From positions 2,144,001-2,208,000 of the forward strand of contig OZ244999.1 of NCBI GenBank assembly GCA_965223265.1: a stretch of 64,000 nt of DNA, read 5' to 3'. Position 1 is the first letter of the stretch; every line of letters starts with the position of its first letter. Position numbers and translations under genes: made by a program. Under the pieces are notes generated by a model, which was not told the origin of the DNA, searched no databases, and saw only the letters and a list, made by a program, of their open reading frames with translations. Source of the stretch: Planctomycetota bacterium (GTDB lineage Bacteria > Planctomycetota > UBA8108 > SXIK01). Shown piece by piece: positions 9,543 to 17,325 of the stretch.

Positions 9543-11528
9543 ATGGCATTTCGCACGATCTGGTGTGTCGACATCGGCAGGTGTTCGCTGAAGGCAGTGC
9601 AGCTTCACCGCGACCGCAACAACATTGAAATCCTTGCCGTTGACAAGGTCGACTACAGTGCTGGCCCCGATGGCTTCGATCCCGACCAGGCACGCGAAGC
9701 TCTCTCTATCTTTGCTGCGCGAAATGAGATCCGAGATCCGATCGTTGTGATTCATCCAGGTCAGGGAACGTTTATGCGTTTCATCAAGATCCCTGCCTTC
9801 GATGAGAAAAAAATCAACGAGATGGTCGGCTACGAAGCGCAGCAGCAGATCCCGTTTCCACTCGACGAAGTGATTTGGGACTTTCACGTGGTCGATCGCG
9901 ACTACATGAGCGGAGAGGAGCGCGACGTCGGCATGTTTGCCGTCCGCCGTGAAGCGATCGACGACTTTCTCGAAGAGTTCAGCGATGGTGGCATGCAGGT
10001 CGAGATGCTCTCGATCAGCTACCTCGGGATGCACAACTTTGCGGCGTTCGACCTCGACGTCTCTGAGCCGACGATCGTTCTCGATTTGGGAGCCTCACAC
10101 ACTGACTTGATTCTTCTCGATCAAGATCGCTTCTGGATCCGTCAGGTGCCGCACCGTGCCGAGGACATCACGCGTGCACTGATGCAGCGCTTCAAACTTG
10201 GGTTTGCCGAGGCGGAACGCCTGAAATGCCAGCTGGGCAAGAATCCCAAACAGGCGGCTAAGATCTTTCAGGTCGTGATTCAGCCGAAGCTGCGCGAGCT
10301 CGTCCAGGAAGTGCAGCGCTCGATGGGATACTACCGCAACCAAGCGGGTGAGACAAAATTTGAGCGCTGTCTCCTCTTCGGCAACGGGGCCAAGCTCCTC
10401 GGCATCAAGAAGTACCTACAAGACAATTTGGGACTCCCGGTCGAACGCGTAGCGAGCATTAATCACCTGCGCCTCAGCCGTGAAGTCAACGTCAAGTTGC
10501 TGCAGTCAGAGCTGCCGTCGTTCGGCGTCGCCTTTGGTGGCGCCCTACAAGCCCTCGGTGTCGGATCGTCGAACGTTGATCTGATACCGACCGAGGAGAA
10601 GGCAAAAAAAGTCGTCGCGCGCAAACGCATCCACGCGTTCATTGCCGCGGCGATTCTGTGTTTGTGTATTCTCGCGGCGATCGGCATCGTACGGCAACAG
10701 CGGGCGTCTGTGAGTGGAATCGTGGAAGCTGCGCAGACGGCGCGTGAGCATCCGGACACACATAAGGAGCGTGTCGAGCAGCTGCAGACGATCCTCAGCG
10801 AAAAGCTACCGGCAGAGATTGACGAGCTGATCAAGGTGGGTGAGCGACGCAGCGATACGCTGGAGTCGTTTCGCGTACTCTTGGGGATCTTCAAGGACAT
10901 GAAGAATGCCGACGCGCCAATCAAGGTGATTCCTGAGGGCGATGAGGCTGCAGTGGAACGTCTTGTCAGACAGGCAGAGGCGGGACTTGGCGACAAGGTG
11001 TGGCTGCCGTACATGAAGATGGAGCGGATCCTAAAGAAACCGGAATTCGGAGCCTTCGGGGGTGACGAAGACTCCGACAAGCAGAAGGGAACTCCGGCGT
11101 GGAAATTCGATGCGTTCGCCGTCATCAAGGCGCGCGCGAACGTGTCGCTTTCTCATGATGCTCTCCGTGACATGTTCAGTAAGCGTCTGTCGATCGCGCT
11201 GGGCGAAGCGCGGCGGCGCGACGGCAGCCAGTTGACATTTCTCACCAATGTCGACTTGGCGGCAGGTAAGAACCTGGACATGATCCAGATGCAGGCGGAG
11301 GGGGATGCCGGCGCCGGCACTTTCAGCCCGCTCGACGGCGACGACGAGGAGGGCAAGCGAAAGACGCAGCGCGGCGGGCCATACTATGGCGCCATGGCGA
11401 CCTGGCATATCATGGCGGACAAACCGAAGGATCCCGATGCCGGCGAGGAAGATGAAGACGATGAGGATTTCGACGATGACGATGAAGATTTCGACGAAGA
11501 CGAAGACGAGGACACGGACGACGAGTGA
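9543..11528 (+). CDS. pilM: Type IV pilus assembly protein PilM (actin-like) fused to a PilN-like membrane/periplasmic domain, with acidic tail
   Basis: VDIGRCSLKAV, EAQQQIPFPLDEVIWDF, LDLGASHT, EAERLK, EVQRSMGYY, GNGAKL; then VDLIP (cf. PilN INLLP), one TM helix and a periplasmic domain; D/E-rich C-terminus. Confidence 0.85.
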   Translation: MAFRTIWCVDIGRCSLKAVQLHRDRNNIEILAVDKVDYSAGPDGFDPDQAREALSIFAARNEIRDPIVVIHPGQGTFMRFIKIPAFDEKKINEMVGYEAQQQIPFPLDEVIWDFHVVDRDYMSGEERDVGMFAVRREAIDDFLEEFSDGGMQVEMLSISYLGMHNFAAFDLDVSEPTIVLDLGASHTDLILLDQDRFWIRQVPHRAEDITRALMQRFKLGFAEAERLKCQLGKNPKQAAKIFQVVIQPKLRELVQEVQRSMGYYRNQAGETKFERCLLFGNGAKLLGIKKYLQDNLGLPVERVASINHLRLSREVNVKLLQSELPSFGVAFGGALQALGVGSSNVDLIPTEEKAKKVVARKRIHAFIAAAILCLCILAAIGIVRQQRASVSGIVEAAQTAREHPDTHKERVEQLQTILSEKLPAEIDELIKVGERRSDTLESFRVLLGIFKDMKNADAPIKVIPEGDEAAVERLVRQAEAGLGDKVWLPYMKMERILKKPEFGAFGGDEDSDKQKGTPAWKFDAFAVIKARANVSLSHDALRDMFSKRLSIALGEARRRDGSQLTFLTNVDLAAGKNLDMIQMQAEGDAGAGTFSPLDGDDEEGKRKTQRGGPYYGAMATWHIMADKPKDPDAGEEDEDDEDFDDDDEDFDEDEDEDTDDE

Positions 11529-11589
11529 GCGCTACGTCGCGGCTTCGCAGACGTCCTAACCGAACCGACGGAGAGACCTCCCAAAGGCC

Positions 11590-12546
11590 ATGGATTATCT
11601 GAAAAAGAACTGGTACTGGATTTGTCTGGGTATTGCGGGCGCCGGTTTGATCGCTCTTGCCTGGTTTTTCGTCATCAGCCCAACGGTTGTTTCGTCGGCT
11701 GAAGATACGCTGGCGCAAGAAGTGCGACGCGTCGATCAGTATCTCAAGGGTGACATGATCCCTACCGCGCGGTTGGAGACACAGCTCGAGACGAACGTCA
11801 AGAACGTACGCGACGACAGAGACCGCGGCATCGACTACTACAACAAACGGTTGAAGCGGTTCAACGAGTACTTCGACGGCCAGGAGGAGCCGCCGCCGGT
11901 CGGCAGCTTCGCGGCGCGATACACTCAGGAGATGGACCGGCTGATCCAGGCGTATCGTGACGAGAACGAAATCGCTGTTGCCGAGGACGCAGATGAAGCT
12001 GATGCAAAAACTCTGCGACCGGTCGTCGACGTCCAGCCTCCCGGCAGCATCACGCCGGTGAACATGCAGACGACGATGCACGAGTACTGGGTGACGCGGT
12101 CGATTTTCGAGTCGGTGAACGACCTGAAATTGAAGGGCCTCCAAGAAATCCGATTCGACCGCAGTGAAGACGGTGGTGACGAGTCGCCGGCCGAGGAATT
12201 CGCCGCGCTCAAGACGGACGTCAAGATCTCCATGCCGCTTGCTCGGGTCGACGAGTTGGTCGCGGATCTCATGAACGACGATGAGGTGATGTTTCTCTTC
12301 TACGGGTTTGAGTCGCAGAAGGGAGCCATCCCGGCAGAGTTCATGGAGCTAGTGAAGGTCGTAGAGCACGAAGGGCCGCCTGGCGGTCTTGAACACGCCG
12401 AGTTGATTCAGGATGCCCCGGTGACGATTACGCTTGATCTGCGCGTGTTCCTCTGGAAGGCGCGAGATGCGGTCGATCCTCTCGAAGAGCTCGAAGTCGG
12501 GCTGGAGGACGACGAGGAAGACGACCCAGACGACGAAGAGGAATGA
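11590..12546 (+). CDS. Single-pass membrane protein, PilO-like by position and topology
   Basis: N-terminal TM (WICLGIAGAGLIALAWFFVI), coiled-coil, C-terminal alpha/beta domain ending VTITLDLRVF, acidic tail; follows pilMN. Confidence 0.55.
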   Translation: MDYLKKNWYWICLGIAGAGLIALAWFFVISPTVVSSAEDTLAQEVRRVDQYLKGDMIPTARLETQLETNVKNVRDDRDRGIDYYNKRLKRFNEYFDGQEEPPPVGSFAARYTQEMDRLIQAYRDENEIAVAEDADEADAKTLRPVVDVQPPGSITPVNMQTTMHEYWVTRSIFESVNDLKLKGLQEIRFDRSEDGGDESPAEEFAALKTDVKISMPLARVDELVADLMNDDEVMFLFYGFESQKGAIPAEFMELVKVVEHEGPPGGLEHAELIQDAPVTITLDLRVFLWKARDAVDPLEELEVGLEDDEEDDPDDEEE

Positions 12547-12554
12547 GCTGATTC

Positions 12555-13685
12555 ATGGCCAATAGAAACTTAGCTCAGCACATCGATAAGATTTCGTACG
12601 CGGTCGCGGCGGTTCTCGGCATCGCAATCATTGCCTTGCCGATCGTTGCGGGAAGATCTCTCGGCGATGTCCAGGAAGACCTTCGAAACAAGGTCGATCA
12701 ACTGAAGGAGAGCCGAATGAGTCAAGCGCTGCCGTCGGTTCCCGAACGGCGCACACCAGTGATCGACAATCAGTGGGAGGCTGAGCTGCGGCGTGGTTTT
12801 CCGATTGCGTGGCTGACTGAGCAAGCACCCGCGGTTGTGGTTCACTCCTCGATCGTGCAGACGACTCAGGCCGTCCACGAGGCGGGACGCATCGAAGTGG
12901 TACGCGTCGAGCGTGATTCCGAAACCAAGAAGGCTGGCCTCGCGGTGGTCGGTGTCATGGGCGCCGGAAACGAAGCGATTGAGATTCAGCAGATTCGCTT
13001 GCAACGTGCCGAGATCGACGAGAGTGGATCCGTGGGGCGTTTTGTCTCGGTTCCTGACTTTGACGTAGAAGGCGACTTTGAGTTCGTTGATTGGAACGTT
13101 GAACCGGGCAAGCGCTATGCGTACCGTTTCACGACGATGGCACGGCTCGACCAGGATGCCGGAACGAATGTCCTGCCACCGACGGACACCAACCTGGATT
13201 CGAACGTGCTCGAGACGGAGCAGGCGGTGCCGTATGACCTCAGTGTCAAGCTCAGTACGATTCAAGTCGACCAGGCGTCACTGACCGCTTCGGCGCGCTT
13301 CAGCGTTTTTCGCTACTGGGATTACGAAGCCGGCGCGGTCAAGAGCGCGCGCGGATCGTTCAAGCGTAACGACAAGATTGGTCCCTGGACGGTTGGAGCG
13401 ATCAACGAGGACAAAAAGACTGTCCGCGTCTACAAAACGACCAATAGGCTCCAGTCGTACGTTTTCAAAACGACGGGCGTCGAGCGTCCGATCGAAGGCT
13501 GGGAACAATCGGCAGAATCCGACGACGTCGACGAGGACGAGGAGTCCGCGACAGACGAGTCCGGCGCAGACACTTCGGTGGCCGCGGAGGAGTCCGTCGC
13601 CGCGGAGGAGTCCGCCGACGAGAACGCAGCGGAAGCGCCGACGCCGGAGGAAGGTAGCGCGGCTCGTGGTGGGCGGAGCTTTTGA
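12555..13685 (+). CDS. Membrane-anchored periplasmic protein with FN3/Ig-like segment (PilP position)
   Basis: N-terminal TM; FVDWNVEPGKRYAYRF is FN3-like; acidic C-terminus containing a VAAEES tandem repeat. Confidence 0.55.
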   Translation: MANRNLAQHIDKISYAVAAVLGIAIIALPIVAGRSLGDVQEDLRNKVDQLKESRMSQALPSVPERRTPVIDNQWEAELRRGFPIAWLTEQAPAVVVHSSIVQTTQAVHEAGRIEVVRVERDSETKKAGLAVVGVMGAGNEAIEIQQIRLQRAEIDESGSVGRFVSVPDFDVEGDFEFVDWNVEPGKRYAYRFTTMARLDQDAGTNVLPPTDTNLDSNVLETEQAVPYDLSVKLSTIQVDQASLTASARFSVFRYWDYEAGAVKSARGSFKRNDKIGPWTVGAINEDKKTVRVYKTTNRLQSYVFKTTGVERPIEGWEQSAESDDVDEDEESATDESGADTSVAAEESVAAEESADENAAEAPTPEEGSAARGGRSF

Positions 13686-14311
13686 TCACCGCTCGAAGCT
13701 CCGAATTGATACCGAACGTAGTGAAATGACAGCAGTAGGAGGCAAGGAGAAAAAAGGTAGATTTTCGCGTTGGAGGGTGGGAACATAGTCATTGAGTCGG
13801 TTGCGCCCATGGCGACCGCGATGAACCTCGGAGCTTTCGGGGTGGTGCTTGAAAGCTCTCTCAGCGTCCTTGCTGTTGGTTCGCGCGGCGAGCTTCAGGG
13901 TCTCGGCTTGAGGATGCGCCGCTGAGCCGCACTTCCGGTTTGGGTCTCGCCAGCCAGGTGCAGCAGACGCGTAACATAGGCGCTGGCGTCGTCTCCTACC
14001 CCTCCCTCATCGTTCTACCGGTGGCTCTCCTGTTCTGTGTCTCTGCACAGAGTCCTCCCTAAGATTTGATTGATTCCGAGAACAACAGTCGATCGTTTGC
14101 AACGCTCTGTTGTTTTCAGCCTTTCGTTTATGACTCTGATCCTGATGCAAAGAACCTCTGGCAGGAGCCCAGCATGAAGATTCTGACTCAGAATCGGATG
14201 CGAGTCTCCCGTCGCGAGCGGATTGCTCAAGATAGATTTGCTCAAGAGATGACACGGCAAGAGATTCCAACTCGGGGAAGCCTAGGGGTTTTCCCAGGGA
14301 AAGGGACTTCG

Positions 14312-17230
14312 ATGAATTGCACCTGGCTCCGATTCGTTTTCACATGGATTGCACCGCTTGTCTTCGGGTCTGTGCTCGTCGTCGGCTGTACGAGTAACGG
14401 CGTTGCCGAGCGGGCGATGCGTGCGCGCGCATCCTCAACCGAGCAGCCGGAGTTTCGCGGTGCGGAGCGTGACCGTCGCTCCCAGCTTGATCGTGACTCT
14501 TTTACCGGTGAGTCGGAGCTGCGTCGTTCGCGGATCTACGGCGGTGGCGGGCCCGAAGAAGACGCCGACGAACTCGATCGGTTGCTTGATGAACTAGCGA
14601 ACGAAGCCGAGTTGGACTCGGAGCTTGACGCCGAGGTCGCTGATGACGAGGCGGATGAGCTGATGGAAGACCTCGGCGCTGACGGCGACGTCGCCGCGGA
14701 CGAGATCGCCGAAGACGACGACGGAGGGCGCGACCGGCGCCGAAGCGTCGCGGAAGAGCTTGGATTAGAGGACGACGAACCTGTCGCACCTCGCTCGCGA
14801 CCCGCGCGGCGTGAACGCGGCGGCGGTGTGGAGGCACTGAACCGTTCCGCATCGGTGCGCGAACAAGAGGCCAACGAGCTCGCGCGCCTGGCAGGCGAAG
14901 CGATTCAACGCTTCGAGCTCCAGAAAGCCCGAAGTTACTTGCGCGACGCCGAACGCTTGAGCCCGAACAATGAAGCGGTGCAGCGGTTGAAGGCGGAATT
15001 AGCCGTTCTCATGGGAGACGTTGGCGCTCGCCCTCAGGCTGCCGTGGACATCATTCGCATGCAGCAAATCGCGACCGAGCAGGCCGTCGTCGAGGTGCAG
15101 CAACGCGTCATCAACGCGGAGCGGTTGACCGACGAAAAGAAGTACGCACAGGCAATCGCAGAGTACGAGCGGGCGCAGAGGGTGATTCAAAACTTTCCGT
15201 ATCACCTAGGTCTGACCGACAGGGAGCGGAATATCTCAACGAGACTCACGGAGCTGCGGCGACGCAAGCAGGAGCAGGATGCGCGAGAACGACAGCTCTT
15301 GCAGGATCAGATCCGAAACGACCTCGAGGGAGAGCGACGGACGGATGCCCAGCTCGTTCGCGCTAGAGTCGGTGAATTGCAGCGGAAAGCCGAGGGGGCA
15401 GAAGCGGCGAACGACTACGAACGTGCGATCAAACTCTACGAAGCGATTTTGGCACTGAACCCACAAGATCGCGACTCGAGGACGGCCCTGAACAGGGTCC
15501 GGGAAATGCGCCACCGCTTCCGGCTGGACGAGCTGCGGCAGCTAGCAGATCAAAATTACGATCGTGCAGTCGTTGGTATCGAGGAGAGCTCGATCGTCTA
15601 CCAACAGATCTTCCGCTACCCAGATCGCGAAGAGTGGATTCGCTTGGCGCCGAAGGATTTGACGCTTGCGGAGCAGATCGAGGCGAGCGAATCGGAGCAT
15701 GAGCGAGAGATCAAGCGCAAGCTCGCCGAACCAGTCGGCGACGTGATTATCGACGACCAACTGCCGGTCAGCGAAGTGCTGCGCAACCTGCGTGAGATCT
15801 CCGGGCTCAACTTTGTGCTCACCAACGAAGGAGCCGAAGTCGAAAATGCGCAGATCGCGGGTGCGGAATACAGCAATCTACCGCTGGAGAACGTCCTGTC
15901 GTTGATCCTACGGGCAATCGGCGCGGTGGACGGCAAACCGTACGCCTACGCGATTAAGGACGGCGCGGTCGTCATTGGGCCGCGTGAGAGCTTGAAGCTG
16001 CCCGAGTATCTGATCTTCTATGACATCAGTGACCTGGTGAGCCGACGCCCAGATTACAAGGCGCCCCCACTGGCGCTGGACGAGCTGGCCGGGAAGAGCG
16101 CAGGTGCTGAGGGCGGCGGTATTCTCCCCGAAGAGGATGACGTCGGCGACGATCCGATCGGTGGCGAGAGACTTCTCGAGCTCATTCAAAGGGAGTTGGC
16201 CGGTGACGGCGAAGAGGAGGAAGATCAAAGTGGCATCGCCCTCTTTGGAGCGAAGCTCTCCGCGCGGACGACACTCGAGAACCACTTGAAGTTGGCGCAA
16301 CTCTTGGAGCAGTTCCGTAAGTCGATCGGCGTCATGGTGACAGTTGAGTCTCGCTTCCTCGACATTCAGGACAACTTTCTCGAGGAGATCGGCGTCGACT
16401 TCGGTAGCGGTGGCAACACGTTCCTGCCGAACACCATTCCCGACGTCGACGGCGCCGGAACGAGTGTCTCGCCAGGATACGAGTATGTCAATCCACAGGG
16501 TGACTACAACGCCAGGGTGGCGTCCATAGGACAGCTCAGTACTCCTCTTGGTTCGGCAGTCAACCCGTTCAACCTTTCGGCGGAGGGCGGCGGTGCCTAT
16601 CAGCTCAACGTCTTGAAGGCTGAGCGTTTTCAGCTCGAGGCGATTCTTACCGGCGTCGCTAAGGAGCAGGAAATTCGTAAGCTGAATTCGCCGCGCGTGA
16701 CGGCGTTCAATGGCCAGACGTCGCACACGCTCGTGGTGAACCAGAGCGCCTACATTCAAGATCTCGAAGTCAACCAGACCGGTGTGATCCCGGTCATTAA
16801 CCCAGTGATCGGAGTGCTCAACTCGGGCTCGATTCTCGAAGTGCGCCCGACACTCAGTTACGATCGTAAGTACGTCGTCCTCGAAATCCAGCCGACGCTG
16901 GCCGAGCAGCTTGAGAGCGACGTGGCGATTTTGAACCTATCCGGAAACTTCACTGTCGTTCCGGTCGAGCTACCGGTGCTTTCGGTGACGAAGATCAAGA
17001 CCACCGTCACGGTTCCAGATGGTGGGACGGTGCTGGTTGGAGGATTGAAGCGCGAGATTTCTACGAAGACGTCGATCGGAATCCCCGGATTGCTGGACAT
17101 TCCGGTCGCGAATTTGCTCTTCGGCCGTAAAGGTCAATCCACGCTCCGGTCCAATCTTTTCGTTCTTTTGAATGCGAAGGTGACGGTCGTTCACGAAGAG
17201 GAGGCCCGTCTTTTCGGCGATCTGCAGTAG
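14312..17230 (+). CDS. Secretin 1 (PilQ/GspD family) with lipoprotein signal and TPR N-terminal region
   Basis: Lipobox VVGC; TPR helices; VESRFLDIQDNFLEEIGVD, SPRVTAFNGQ, LEVRPTLSYDRKYV, TTVTVPDGGTVLVGG, IPGLLDIPVANLLF; alternative in-frame start at ATG 14174 with AGGAG RBS. Confidence 0.85.
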   Translation: MNCTWLRFVFTWIAPLVFGSVLVVGCTSNGVAERAMRARASSTEQPEFRGAERDRRSQLDRDSFTGESELRRSRIYGGGGPEEDADELDRLLDELANEAELDSELDAEVADDEADELMEDLGADGDVAADEIAEDDDGGRDRRRSVAEELGLEDDEPVAPRSRPARRERGGGVEALNRSASVREQEANELARLAGEAIQRFELQKARSYLRDAERLSPNNEAVQRLKAELAVLMGDVGARPQAAVDIIRMQQIATEQAVVEVQQRVINAERLTDEKKYAQAIAEYERAQRVIQNFPYHLGLTDRERNISTRLTELRRRKQEQDARERQLLQDQIRNDLEGERRTDAQLVRARVGELQRKAEGAEAANDYERAIKLYEAILALNPQDRDSRTALNRVREMRHRFRLDELRQLADQNYDRAVVGIEESSIVYQQIFRYPDREEWIRLAPKDLTLAEQIEASESEHEREIKRKLAEPVGDVIIDDQLPVSEVLRNLREISGLNFVLTNEGAEVENAQIAGAEYSNLPLENVLSLILRAIGAVDGKPYAYAIKDGAVVIGPRESLKLPEYLIFYDISDLVSRRPDYKAPPLALDELAGKSAGAEGGGILPEEDDVGDDPIGGERLLELIQRELAGDGEEEEDQSGIALFGAKLSARTTLENHLKLAQLLEQFRKSIGVMVTVESRFLDIQDNFLEEIGVDFGSGGNTFLPNTIPDVDGAGTSVSPGYEYVNPQGDYNARVASIGQLSTPLGSAVNPFNLSAEGGGAYQLNVLKAERFQLEAILTGVAKEQEIRKLNSPRVTAFNGQTSHTLVVNQSAYIQDLEVNQTGVIPVINPVIGVLNSGSILEVRPTLSYDRKYVVLEIQPTLAEQLESDVAILNLSGNFTVVPVELPVLSVTKIKTTVTVPDGGTVLVGGLKREISTKTSIGIPGLLDIPVANLLFGRKGQSTLRSNLFVLLNAKVTVVHEEEARLFGDLQ

Positions 17231-17325
17231 AAACCGGGCGCCGAATCGCGCTGAAGTGGAAGCTTCGGAGGTGATGCGGCGAGCGGCGAGGTGAAGAAGA
17301 GCGACGGTGAGCGAGCGCGAAGTGC

